Of a stretch of DNA of 64,000 nucleotides, positions 9,577 through 18,790 are shown one piece after another. The stretch is from Leptolyngbyaceae cyanobacterium (lineage in GTDB: Bacteria > Cyanobacteriota > Cyanobacteriia > Phormidesmidales > Phormidesmidaceae). The stretch's first letter is position 1. The number at the start of each line of letters is the position of its first letter. The notes under the pieces were generated by a model. It was not told the origin of the DNA. It ran no database searches and saw nothing but the letters and a program-made list of their open reading frames with translations. The position numbers were made by a program, and so were the translations under genes. Where the stretch lies: contig CBDHHL010000026.1 of NCBI GenBank assembly GCA_965263355.1, positions 18,364 to 82,363 of the forward strand, read 5' to 3'.

Positions 9577-9879
9577 ATGCGCAATAGTCTCAATTTCTAT
9601 GACCGCATTGCCGCCCAGAATCAGGGATATGACATCACTGGCTATGCTCCCAACACCCAGACCGCGAATGTCCTCCACCAAGACACTGACATCTCCGCCA
9701 ATACCGTGATCCATCTGCTTCACATTCAAGATCTAGACCTGTCTGAATTTCACCGTTCGTCCGGTAAATTTTCAATTTGGATCGTGGGCGAAGCCAGATT
9801 ATTGAGTGCCAAAGATGTCCATGTGTTGCTGCAAGAAGCAGAAGTTCACCAGATAGACAGGGAAATTGGGGAGATATGA
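9577..9879 (+). CDS. Hypothetical protein (about 100 aa)
   Basis: Free-standing ORF MRNSLNFYDRIAAQ...; no recognisable motif. Confidence 0.5.
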   Translation: MRNSLNFYDRIAAQNQGYDITGYAPNTQTANVLHQDTDISANTVIHLLHIQDLDLSEFHRSSGKFSIWIVGEARLLSAKDVHVLLQEAEVHQIDREIGEI

Positions 9880-9973
9880 GGCTTTTTGCAGGCATCTAGA
9901 CCTGAGACGAACAAAAGCGATATTGAGAATCACTGAATGTCGCCCAGGTGACTTGACGATCTAAGTTAAAATG

Positions 9974-9987
9974 GTAACAATAGATAC
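9974..9987. promoter_or_regulatory. NtcA binding site
   Basis: GTA-ACAATAGA-TAC is an exact GTA-N8-TAC, about 9 bp upstream of the riboswitch 5' end. Confidence 0.75.
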
Positions 9988-9995
9988 AGAAACAA

Positions 9996-10093
9996 ATCGT
10001 TCATCTCTTGACTTTTTGAATAACTATCAAAAAAGTTAGTTGAGACGGAAGTAAGTAGCAGCCAACATTCATGCTGCTATCTGAAGGAACGCA
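9996..10093 (+). ncRNA. Glutamine riboswitch class I (glnA motif)
   Basis: ATCGTTCATCTC...GAGACGGAAGTA...GAAGGAACGCA conserved core. P2 (GACTTTTTGA/TCAAAAAAGTT) and P3 (TAGCAGC/GCTGCTA) stems are visible. Confidence 0.88.
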
Positions 10094-10137
10094 CCTCATT
10101 TTTAGGCTCTGTATTAATTATTGAGGACGCGAACCAA

Positions 10138-10290
10138 ATGGCTATCTACAACACTCACCTTGAAAACATTACTACTACTCATACTGTCGGCTCCAAGGAA
10201 CGCCTAATTGGGCATACCAGTCGGCAACAGCTGCGTCATCGCCAGCATTCTGTATTGATGCGTTTCAAGCAAAGCATCGAAGCAAAATAG
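10138..10290 (+). CDS. Small glutamine-synthetase inactivating factor (IF7/IF17)-like protein, 50 aa
   Basis: GAGG RBS. MAIYNTHLENITTTHTVGSKERLIGHTSRQQLRHRQHSVLMRFKQSIEAK; LRHRQHSVLMR resembles the IF core IKNRQQSMLSR; lies downstream of the riboswitch and NtcA box. Confidence 0.65.
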   Translation: MAIYNTHLENITTTHTVGSKERLIGHTSRQQLRHRQHSVLMRFKQSIEAK

Positions 10291-10384
10291 ACCTAACTTG
10301 AATCATTAAACGGCTATCGATAGCCTAGCATCAGCGTATCGTCAGCCTGAATCACTCACTTCACCTTATGCATTCCTACAACGT

Positions 10385-10414
10385 CCCCCAGACCATTGCT
10401 CTGGGGGATTTTTT
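10385..10414 (+). terminator. Rho-independent terminator
   Basis: TCCCCCAGA...TCTGGGGGA-TTTTT. Confidence 0.75.
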
Positions 10415-10627
10415 ATAGCTTCACTAGACAGATTGATTCAATGAAAGCCATACATCTAGTCTCTGTGCAATTTCACAGACATACTTTCAGGTCGGAGTGG
10501 ATCCTTCCTCAACATTTTTATACTGATAAGCTTTATTTTATCTTTCAAACTATCGCAAATATAGAGCATCCGCCGTTGAGGCGCGACTTGTTTTCACGAC
10601 CAAATCCGCTAATGCCCCTATAGGGGA

Positions 10628-10891
10628 TTGAGAAACAGAACGCATCTGTCTTCCTCAATCAGAATTCTGATTAAAGATGGTACCGTAACTGTCACCCCTG
10701 ACGATCTAGAAAACCAGCTGACGAAAGTTGAGAAAAATCAGTTGGTCGATGTTTACAGAGGTCTGGGGCACGTGGGTGAGGGGCACTGTCGTGCTGAGGG
10801 GCACTGTCGTGCTGAGGAGCACTGTCGTGCTGAGGGGCATTCTGAGGGGCACTGTCGTGCTGAGGGGCACTGTCGTGCTGAGGAGATTTAA
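10628..10891 (+). pseudogene. C-terminal fragment of a DUF4382 paralog with an (EGHCRA)n expansion
   Basis: LENQL...GLGHVGEGHC matches the C-terminus of 8293-9183. Confidence 0.7.
10777..10883 (+). repeat. 18-bp tandem repeat TGAGGGGCACTGTCGTGC, 5 full units plus partials
   Basis: Units at 10777, 10795, 10813, 10843 and 10861; 12-bp partial at 10831. Confidence 0.95.
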
Positions 10892-11877
10892 TTCTTGTCT
10901 GCAAAAACAGAACGGAGATTCTCTACATTGTTTTGCATCACAGCCAGAAAATCTCCGTCTTCAGGGACATTGCCTGCCGGGTCAAAGACAACACTTTCAA
11001 TACCCAGCTGACGCAAGCGCTCTACACTCTCAGGTAAAGGGTCACCTTCCCAGATCATCCATTTAGCAGGATGCTCCGCAAGAAGTGACTCTAGCTCAGC
11101 CCACTGCTCTTGATCAGGAAACGTCTCAGGTTCCCATAGAACACTTCTAAGGTTAAGGCCATAGCGGACAGCCAGATAATCATAGACAGGATGAGATGCC
11201 AATAAGGGCTGGTTTTGATCGGCAGAACCTTCCACTAATGTGGCAATTTGTTCGTCAATATTAGTCAAATCCTGCTCTAAGGCTTTGTAATTAGTAGTAA
11301 AGAGAGCGGCTTGTGCAGGAAATTGGGTGGTCATGCGATCGCGAATGACTGCTGCCTGCTCAATCGCCAGGGTAGGGTCAACCCATGTGGTAAACGCAGT
11401 TCCTTCGTGGGAGTGTTCTCCCTCGGGCCCATGCTGGTGGGTGACAACCTCCTTACTGGACAGCCAGCGATCCTGAAATTGGCTGGCCGTGTCAATTGTC
11501 TTAGCTTGGGGTAGGCTAGCCGTCTGTAGCCATTTTTCGTAGGTGGCCCCATTGAGAACAATCAACTCAGCTGTTTGTAACTGATTGAGGTCATCTGCCG
11601 ATGGCTGCCAAAAAGCCGGGTCAATGTCGTTCGGGACCGGTAGCTCCACCCTAACCTGGTCTGCCCCAATCCGCTCAGCAAAATACTTGAGGGGATAATT
11701 AGTGACATAAATGAGGGACTGGCTGCCCTCAGCACTGACAGTACTAATATCATCACCCGCCTGCTCCACAGTTTCGTTTACCTCAGCGGGCGCGCAACTG
11801 CTAACCAGTAGTGAAGTGGTTGCGATCGCAACCATCATCATCCGAGAAAAAGGAAGGATCTTAAATCGAAATATCAT
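10888..11877 (-). CDS. ZnuA/TroA-like (cluster A-I) metal-binding lipoprotein
   Basis: Lipobox LVSSC, YPLKYFAERIG, DPAFWQP, LNGATYEKW, His loop HQHGPEGEHSH, HPVYDYL; AGGAG RBS before 11877. Confidence 0.88.
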   Translation of the reverse strand: MIFRFKILPFSRMMMVAIATTSLLVSSCAPAEVNETVEQAGDDISTVSAEGSQSLIYVTNYPLKYFAERIGADQVRVELPVPNDIDPAFWQPSADDLNQLQTAELIVLNGATYEKWLQTASLPQAKTIDTASQFQDRWLSSKEVVTHQHGPEGEHSHEGTAFTTWVDPTLAIEQAAVIRDRMTTQFPAQAALFTTNYKALEQDLTNIDEQIATLVEGSADQNQPLLASHPVYDYLAVRYGLNLRSVLWEPETFPDQEQWAELESLLAEHPAKWMIWEGDPLPESVERLRQLGIESVVFDPAGNVPEDGDFLAVMQNNVENLRSVFADKN

Positions 11878-11927
11878 ATTAAACGTCTCCTGTTGATAAA
11901 TAAACCTTGTCCACGTCCAGGACGCCA

Positions 11928-13115
11928 TTAAGAAAGCATTGTTTGAGTAATTCGATCTTTGAACACACCGGTACTAGCGGTGATCACCAGGGAACAACCA
12001 AAACTAATCACCAAAATAGTCACAACTTCCGCTGCAATTAAGCGAATAATCATAGTGCGGCAGCATCCCAACTTGAAGTTTGTTTCCATCTCTCGCTGCC
12101 GCAGTCGCAGGGAGAGATTAAAGACTAAAATCAACGCTATGACCGTCGCCACAGTCACCAAACCAAAGACTAGATTTAAAATATTACGTACCTTGAAGAC
12201 CTCTAAAAGCAGTTCTTCAATAACACTAGCAGGTTGAATAATTTGGCTACCGGCCTCACTGACCTCGTACCGTCCCCTTAAAATAGCGGCTGACTTTTCA
12301 TCCTTAGGAATCGCAATAACCGCTGTCAACGGAAACGTCTCCATAGAGCCATGGAAGTGAAAAGAGGCCAAATTGTCGGCATCAATCTGATTATACTGGG
12401 TCAACGCGGCATTGGCAGTCACAACAGTATCCTTTTGACCAAGGACGACATCAGTATCTTCAGGCTGTTCCAGATCCTGATGCCCGTGGCCTAACCCTTG
12501 AATTACCCAGGTCGTTTTTATATCGACAAAGACGGCATTATCGTCGGCTGTATGCGACTTTTCCAAAACACCGACGACATTCATTTTAAGTGGATAAACA
12601 CCGCCAAAATCGAAGACCGATTCTGGAGACGACACAAGGGTATCACCGGGTTTTAAGTTTAAGGCAGCGGCCACATCAGCGCCTAAGACCGCTTCGCCTA
12701 AAATGCTAAAGTTGCGCCCGTCTGCCACAGAAAGCTGGCGTAGATCAAAATAGTCTAAACTGGTGCCGATAATGGGAAAGTTGCGGGCCTGAAATTGGCT
12801 GTGGAGGGGAATTGCGATCGCTAACGACGATGACTGAATTTGATTGACTTCGGCCATCGTAATGGTCTGGGGCGGCACTGTAGCAAAATATAGGGAATTA
12901 ATAGCCAGATCCAGGTCACTGCCCTTAGCCCCCACCACCAGCGGCGTTGTTTCAGCCCGTGCCATCAGCTCTCGTTCACTGGCCGATAGCAACAGATTTA
13001 AGCTTAACGGCAAAGCCCCTACTAGGGTTACACAGGCAATCAAAATAGTCGTGCGCAATTTATTAAAGCTTAGATACTTCCACGCCAGGAAAAAACTAGC
13101 TTGCAGACCATTCAT
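11928..13115 (-). CDS. ABC transporter permease, MacB/FtsX type
   Basis: N-terminal TM, large periplasmic domain (VVGAKGS, GEAVLGADVA), C-terminal TMs with RLRQREM; His motifs HGHQ and FHFHG. Confidence 0.85.
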   Translation of the reverse strand: MNGLQASFFLAWKYLSFNKLRTTILIACVTLVGALPLSLNLLLSASERELMARAETTPLVVGAKGSDLDLAINSLYFATVPPQTITMAEVNQIQSSSLAIAIPLHSQFQARNFPIIGTSLDYFDLRQLSVADGRNFSILGEAVLGADVAAALNLKPGDTLVSSPESVFDFGGVYPLKMNVVGVLEKSHTADDNAVFVDIKTTWVIQGLGHGHQDLEQPEDTDVVLGQKDTVVTANAALTQYNQIDADNLASFHFHGSMETFPLTAVIAIPKDEKSAAILRGRYEVSEAGSQIIQPASVIEELLLEVFKVRNILNLVFGLVTVATVIALILVFNLSLRLRQREMETNFKLGCCRTMIIRLIAAEVVTILVISFGCSLVITASTGVFKDRITQTMLS

Positions 13116-13870
13116 ACCGTTTCCTCCTGCCGTTTTTGAGCCAGTGGGCTAACGACTGGTTGGGTGGTCTCCGACTGCGCTGACGTGACCGCTATAGCTG
13201 TTTTTAGATCAATCACCCGTTCGAAACGCTCCAGCAACCCATAATCATGGGTAACCGCTAGTAAAGTGGACGGCTGTTCATCAACGTAGCGAAACAAAAT
13301 ATCAAGGATACGCTGTTTATTGTCTGGGTCTAAATTACCCGTCGCTTCATCTGCCAAAATCAACTGTGGTTGCGGCAGTAGGGCACGACAGATAGCCACT
13401 CGTTGTCGTTCCCCCTGAGAAAGTGCTTTGATTGAACGCTTGAGCTTATCGAGAATACCTAACTGGGCAGCCAGGTCACGAGCCCGCGCTTTTACTGTCC
13501 CGTCCAGCTTTAGGGCAGGATTCAGACGATAAGCATGGAGAATATTATCAAACACATTGAGATATTCCACCAGTTCAAAATCTTGAAAAACAAATCCAAT
13601 GTGTGAAATGCGAAATTGCCGTCGGGCAGCATCAGAGAGCTGGTGCATAGAGACATCTGCTACCTGAATCTGTCCTGCTAACGGTGTCCGAATTCCCGCA
13701 ATCAATTGTAAAAGCGTCGTTTTGCCCGTCCCACTAGCCCCAATCATGGCCACCTTTTGACCGCGATGAATGACTAAATGGGGTAATTTAATATGAAATC
13801 CACCTCGATCGTATCGAAATTCAAGGTTGGTGAGTTCAACAATAGGCTGGATATCGGTAGATTTTTCCAT
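13112..13870 (-). CDS. ABC transporter ATPase (LolD/MacB-like)
   Basis: GASGTGKT, IGFVFQDFEL, LSQGERQRVAICRAL, ILADEATGNLD. Confidence 0.92.
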   Translation of the reverse strand: MEKSTDIQPIVELTNLEFRYDRGGFHIKLPHLVIHRGQKVAMIGASGTGKTTLLQLIAGIRTPLAGQIQVADVSMHQLSDAARRQFRISHIGFVFQDFELVEYLNVFDNILHAYRLNPALKLDGTVKARARDLAAQLGILDKLKRSIKALSQGERQRVAICRALLPQPQLILADEATGNLDPDNKQRILDILFRYVDEQPSTLLAVTHDYGLLERFERVIDLKTAIAVTSAQSETTQPVVSPLAQKRQEETV

Positions 13871-13943
13871 AGGATTAAGAAATAAAAATTCTATAGGCCG
13901 TTTGATAGAGTTAGAAAATAGAAATTGTTGTCAAAGTTTAAAA

Positions 13944-16205
13944 CTATGACAATCGATGTTCATCCACAACTTCGATACTTTTAATTTTCCAGACAGCGTC
14001 AGCGTAGGTTAGAGTGACCAAAGCAACATATAGATTATTACGGTAATGTGTGTGGCCAAAGTGGGTGACAGAGCCTCCCACCAGCCATTCTGCTTGTACA
14101 ACAACTTCCTTATTCGGTAATGAGTCGACCGAGCCAGTTTTCATGACAGCAACATAATCAACGCTAGCTCGTGCACCACCTCGATTTTCAATTTCCAGTG
14201 CGCGACGATTTTCCAGATAGATATCCGTGAGCTGTTCTCCTGTCACACTGATGGCCAATTTTTCATAGATTTCTTCTTCTGTACGAAACTCAAATGACTC
14301 ATACACATTGCTCAGCAACTGATCGAGAATCAGAGCAATTTGAGGCGATGAAGGTTTTGGTTGTAAAGGAGCCGGTAACACCAACGGCAAGGCCAAAACA
14401 GGATAGGCCCAAATCGCTAGCGGTAAGACTGTACGTGTTGCGGCAAAGAGTGGCAAAGATGGCTTATTCTTCAGTTTTAATCGACCACTATCTAACCCCA
14501 AAGCCACTAAAACTAAGGCTAAAGAAACGAGGGGAATGGTTCGACTGTTAGCATTGACGTCAATTGCTTCTATGGCAGGAGCTGACACATCAACTAATAA
14601 GTTATTTTGCCAATCGATAGTAGGCTGATCTCTCGTCAAAACTGCCTCTACCTGGCTATGGGGCTCGTTGATGGTCGTCGCAACTTCTGGCAGTGTCGGA
14701 GAGAACCGGTTCCATTCAACGGTGACCATTTTGGGAAAACTGTCGGTAGAATAGCGCAACACAGCGCCCAGCCTAGTGTCCTCCAAATCTTCAGGGTCAG
14801 GGGCCTCCTGGATAAGAGGCCCCTGCTCATCCCAAACAACAAAATTAATCTGGTCAACAGTAGGCTCTGCAACCACCCCATCAATTTTCAGCAACAGGCT
14901 ATCGGTCAGGGTCTGAACAACTTTTTGTTTGAAAGCTTCGGCGTTAGCTGTTACAGCAGGAACATCCTCCATCAGATCAAGGGCAGATAAATCCATTAGA
15001 ATTTCAGCATGAATTTCCAGCGGCTCAATGATTATAAAAATCTCAATGGGTGCAGAGAGATCGCCATTGGTAGTAGTTTCAGCAGTTTGCGAGGCAGACA
15101 CCACAGATGAATTAGCGATAGTGCCACTGACTTCGGCATCACCAGGCTCAGTGGAGACTACCGGCTCAGTCTGACTTGTTATCAGTTGAGTTTCAGGAGA
15201 GATAACTGACAATTGTCCTCGATAGCTTTGAGGGAAAGCTATGGCAACTAACGCCATACCCACTAGCCCGTAGCCTATCCCCTGTCGCCAGCGCTGTGGC
15301 AACCGACGTCCCACAGCTGTGCCACCAACAATCACCAAAACTGCCAACAATTGTGCTGCATCCATACCGATATGGAGCAGCAGCAGCCGAAGTACCAATT
15401 GATCACCCAACATACCGCCATCAATCAGCACCTTGGCCCAGCCAAACCCGTGCAGTAGCCCTAACCCTAAAAGGGGCCAACAAATCCAATCAGTGGAGGC
15501 TTCTGGCTTACGCCATATCCCCATCGCCGCTAGAACAGCTGCGGCCAAAAGCAACCCAGTCTCCGCCACAAACATAGGGACAGTTACACCACCGACGCTA
15601 ACAATAACTGACAGCAGTCCGCCCACCATAAAAAATGTAATCGAGCGCACTAAATTACTAGAGCGACTCCCAAAAGCCAGAGCCACTAAAAAAAGAAGGT
15701 GAGGCCAGGAAAGAACAATATGTATAAATCCTGACACAGCATCCTGGCGTAGCTGAGTCAGCCATTGCCCGTCCATAATTTGAAATTGGTCTATGGGAAC
15801 GATAATGCCATCGTCTGTGGCGGCTAAAAATTGAGTTTGGGACGACCCATCTTGCCAATAGACGGTAAAGACGCTGCCTTCGGTTTGCCAGGGTAAGCTC
15901 AATTTGTCCCGACTCATAAGGGGCGCATCGCGGCAGTCAAAAGCAAACAACAGAACCGTTGACGACAAAGCTTGCCCCACAGGATTTTCCGACGATAGCT
16001 GACAGCGAGCAGGCAGCCTGGGTACCAATGTACTACCGGCAAAAGCATCGGGCAAGTCGACTCTTAGCTCATAGTTACCCTTAGACTGCTCTCGTAATTC
16101 TACTAGAGCAATATCCCCACCATGGGCAAGGGCAGGACGCCCTACTACCAGACAAAATATAGCCAACACTGCAGTGCAGATTGCAAATTGCTGCCGTTGT
16201 CCCAT
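13944..16205 (-). CDS. HupE/UreJ-like membrane domain fused to a large His-motif extracytoplasmic domain
   Basis: Signal peptide ALA-HG, GFIHI...HLLFL and GLLHGFGWA (HupE/UreJ-like), C-terminal GSVTHFGHTHYRNN; GGAG RBS before 16205. Confidence 0.7.
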   Translation of the reverse strand: MGQRQQFAICTAVLAIFCLVVGRPALAHGGDIALVELREQSKGNYELRVDLPDAFAGSTLVPRLPARCQLSSENPVGQALSSTVLLFAFDCRDAPLMSRDKLSLPWQTEGSVFTVYWQDGSSQTQFLAATDDGIIVPIDQFQIMDGQWLTQLRQDAVSGFIHIVLSWPHLLFLVALAFGSRSSNLVRSITFFMVGGLLSVIVSVGGVTVPMFVAETGLLLAAAVLAAMGIWRKPEASTDWICWPLLGLGLLHGFGWAKVLIDGGMLGDQLVLRLLLLHIGMDAAQLLAVLVIVGGTAVGRRLPQRWRQGIGYGLVGMALVAIAFPQSYRGQLSVISPETQLITSQTEPVVSTEPGDAEVSGTIANSSVVSASQTAETTTNGDLSAPIEIFIIIEPLEIHAEILMDLSALDLMEDVPAVTANAEAFKQKVVQTLTDSLLLKIDGVVAEPTVDQINFVVWDEQGPLIQEAPDPEDLEDTRLGAVLRYSTDSFPKMVTVEWNRFSPTLPEVATTINEPHSQVEAVLTRDQPTIDWQNNLLVDVSAPAIEAIDVNANSRTIPLVSLALVLVALGLDSGRLKLKNKPSLPLFAATRTVLPLAIWAYPVLALPLVLPAPLQPKPSSPQIALILDQLLSNVYESFEFRTEEEIYEKLAISVTGEQLTDIYLENRRALEIENRGGARASVDYVAVMKTGSVDSLPNKEVVVQAEWLVGGSVTHFGHTHYRNNLYVALVTLTYADAVWKIKSIEVVDEHRLS

Positions 16206-16303
16206 GGTTTTATCTCCAAGAAAGTACAGAGCAAGACAGCCCAGTCTATTAAATATGGAATTTATCAGCAAGCAAACTCAGTTGGTTCCATTGATAAATC
16301 TCA

Positions 16304-16855
16304 TCATCGATTCTCCTGTTGCCGTAATTGTTTCTCTACAACGTTCGGGCTTAAATCAACGATTTTGCTGCCATAGTTGATCCACAATCTAAAATCCACA
16401 TGAGGCGGATAGGTATAATTCCCGCCAGTACCACCCATCACGCCAATGTATTGACCCTGCTTGACGTAATCTCCTTTTCGGACAGAAAAGCTCTTGGCGT
16501 GAGCATAAGCCCCCTTGATGGGATAGCGTTTGCCAGAGAGTTCAAAAAATATAAAAAAGTCGAATGCGTCTCCTACTTCTACGGATGTTGGCTTCTTGAT
16601 AATTTCTATGATAGGTGATGGGTCTACCGGCATTGGATCTGGATCTGAGGCTCCAATACCGACAGCAATGACCATAGCTCCAGGCTTTTCAAAACCCGAA
16701 TCCGTCAACCACCTTTGGAACATTGCCAGCGCAATAAATTTTTCGCCGGGCTCACCAATTCCCTCTGGACGGGACTCTTTTACAATTTTCTCAAGGTAAA
16801 AATTGCCTTCCATTAGATAGAAAGCATGATCAGTCTCCTTAATCCAGGTAGTCAT
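16304..16855 (-). CDS. Partial M23-peptidase-like protein, probably internally deleted
   Basis: C-terminal YAHAKSFSVRKGDYVKQGQYIGVMGGTG...PHVDF; the HxxxD half of the M23 site is not seen. Confidence 0.55.
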   Translation of the reverse strand: MTTWIKETDHAFYLMEGNFYLEKIVKESRPEGIGEPGEKFIALAMFQRWLTDSGFEKPGAMVIAVGIGASDPDPMPVDPSPIIEIIKKPTSVEVGDAFDFFIFFELSGKRYPIKGAYAHAKSFSVRKGDYVKQGQYIGVMGGTGGNYTYPPHVDFRLWINYGSKIVDLSPNVVEKQLRQQENR

Positions 16856-17321
16856 GGGGCTGCGTTTTTAAAGGGCGGCTGATCAAATACTAGATCGGAT
16901 TTGAACGTATCTAAAGTCATACATCATCTTTAATCAGGGGCTAGACTAGCAAGCCTGATATAGGCTTCGGCAAATTGATCTGAACGGTACCCAGCGGCCC
17001 GCAAGTATCCGCTGTATTCACACCTGGGAGCACCCCCAAAGCCATGTGTGGGGCACCTATCTCCACGGTTTGTTTGAATCCACCACCCTGCGCCAAGCAT
17101 TAGCCCAGCTAACCAATGTACAAGACCATCAGCCGGGGCCATCTCCTGACAACAACAACAATTTCAGCTCTATGACCAAATGGCCGATACCCTAGAAGAA
17201 TACCGTGAGCTAGCCCCGTCGTAAGTGGGTTGGTTTGACCTGAGGAACGGATAGCTCCAACCGCTGGGTTTGGCGTAGCTGAGTTTGTGCAGCGTCTCCA
17301 ACTCCCCACGTATAAGACTTT

Positions 17322-18011
17322 TTATAATACAAATGGAACAACAGTATGCTCACTGCGGGTACGATCGCGATCAACTGCTGAAAGCACCTGATTTTCGGCT
17401 TTAGACGATGCTAAACACTGAATGACCAGATCGGCGACATCGATACGTGTGATGCTGCCTGCAACACGCATATCTTCTACAAGCATGCCCTTACCCGTGG
17501 CGGGTTCGGATAGCAACCCGCCAGGACGCACGATAGTAAAGGAGAGACCACTGGCTATCAGGTGTTCTTCGGCCTTAGCTTTGGCGAGAAGAGCGGGTCG
17601 CAGCGTTTCTAGCACCTGTTCAGGAAGTGCGACGGCACTCTCTCGTACCCCAATCGAAGACACTAAGATAAATCGCTGACAGTGTGGTGATTTTACCGCA
17701 TCTACAAGATGGCGATTACCTAGATAGTCGGCGCGGGGTTGGTCGCGGGTAAAGCCTTTGCCGCCTAGGGTTGTCACCACAGCAAAGGGGGCTGAGCCAA
17801 TCGATTGCACTGCTGTTTTTACAAAGTCAGCATCCAATGCATCACCGACCTGGACGCTTGCCCCCAGAGATTCGAGCTGCGATCGCACATCATCGGTTCG
17901 CAACAAGGCTACAACTTGATGACCTTGTTGGGTTAATCCTTTTACGACTTCAAAGCCCACTCCACGGCTGGCTCCGGCAACAAAGACGTTTAGTGGCATA
18001 GTGGTAGTCAT
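17322..18011 (-). CDS. Atypical SDR / NAD(P)-binding oxidoreductase
   Basis: VFVAGASRGVG Rossmann motif, RFILVSSIG, TIVRPGGL, ITRIDVA. Confidence 0.9.
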   Translation of the reverse strand: MTTTMPLNVFVAGASRGVGFEVVKGLTQQGHQVVALLRTDDVRSQLESLGASVQVGDALDADFVKTAVQSIGSAPFAVVTTLGGKGFTRDQPRADYLGNRHLVDAVKSPHCQRFILVSSIGVRESAVALPEQVLETLRPALLAKAKAEEHLIASGLSFTIVRPGGLLSEPATGKGMLVEDMRVAGSITRIDVADLVIQCLASSKAENQVLSAVDRDRTRSEHTVVPFVL

Positions 18012-18033
18012 AGCGATCAGATAACGTGGGTCA

Positions 18034-18085
18034 TGACACAGTGTGTCACAAGTGCTCCCAATTTTTCTAGTGAGACACTGTGAGA
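18034..18085. promoter_or_regulatory. Paired palindromic operator-like sites upstream of the SDR gene
   Basis: TGACAC-AGT-GTGTCA (18034-18048) and a 12/15 match TGAGACACTGTGAGA (18071-18085). Confidence 0.5.
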
Positions 18086-18170
18086 TCGCGTTCCACCAAG
18101 ACAGTACCGAAATCTGGCAGGCTTACGAATCCCTCGAATGTGGTTACGCAGGGCTCAAACAGAGCTACAG

Positions 18171-18368
18171 TTAACGATGTGTAATTTTTGTCTTGATTGT
18201 CTCAAACAGCGCAGAAAGCCAAACTCTAAGTCGACTCACAATAGATTGTTTTGCATTGAGCTTACTAGCTTCACGATCTGCATCGATCTGCCGCATGCGC
18301 GCAGTCCAAGCCTCCCGATCAACACGCATAGCCTCAATCTTCTTCCGCATATCACTAAGATTAGTCAT
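18171..18368 (-). CDS. Hypothetical basic helical protein (65 aa)
   Basis: ATG overlaps the upstream stop (ATGACTAA); GGAGG RBS. Confidence 0.6.
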   Translation of the reverse strand: MTNLSDMRKKIEAMRVDREAWTARMRQIDADREASKLNAKQSIVSRLRVWLSALFETIKTKITHR

Positions 18369-18588
18369 CGAGCCTCCTATTAATCGCTTCCAGCTCATCC
18401 ATAATCTGTTTTCGCCCCGCAGTGGTCTCATTAATAAGAATTTCAAGAATCTCATCAATGCCAGAGAAGCGACCATTGCACTCCTCCATAAACTGACCAA
18501 GGGCCTCAGTTGTAACGCCTAAAGATTCGTTGACACTATCAATTCTGCTGCGCAGTTGATTAATCGCTTGCTGAGTTTCATTATCCAT
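18361..18588 (-). CDS. Hypothetical acidic coiled-coil protein (75 aa)
   Basis: ATG overlaps the upstream stop (ATGGATAA); heptad pattern. Confidence 0.65.
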   Translation of the reverse strand: MDNETQQAINQLRSRIDSVNESLGVTTEALGQFMEECNGRFSGIDEILEILINETTAGRKQIMDELEAINRRLDD

Positions 18589-18790
18589 GCTGCTCAGCAT
18601 CCTTTGCTAATGCCTCTCGCGTCGCTTGGATACCGCGTTTCGCTAAAATCAACAGCTTCTGACTATCCGGCATCTGCTCCCAAACATCCTCTGGAATGCC
18701 TGCCAACTCAGCAAACTCCTTCAGCTCCTTCTCAATGCCGCCGATGTCTACACTAATACGACGAGTCTTAGATTTTGAATCTTTAGCCAT
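18581..18790 (-). CDS. Hypothetical protein (69 aa), possibly ribbon-helix-helix-like
   Basis: MAKDSKSKTRRISVDIGGIEKELKEFAE: basic N-terminus, an alternating beta-strand, then helices. Confidence 0.6.
   Translation of the reverse strand: MAKDSKSKTRRISVDIGGIEKELKEFAELAGIPEDVWEQMPDSQKLLILAKRGIQATREALAKDAEQHG

Noticed and set aside
10777..10883. CRISPR array
   Set aside because: Head-to-tail 18-bp units with no unique spacers, and no cas genes in the window
16930..17309. Short minus-strand ORFs with a faint psaL-like AHG motif
   Set aside because: Similarity is too weak and broken across frames to support a call
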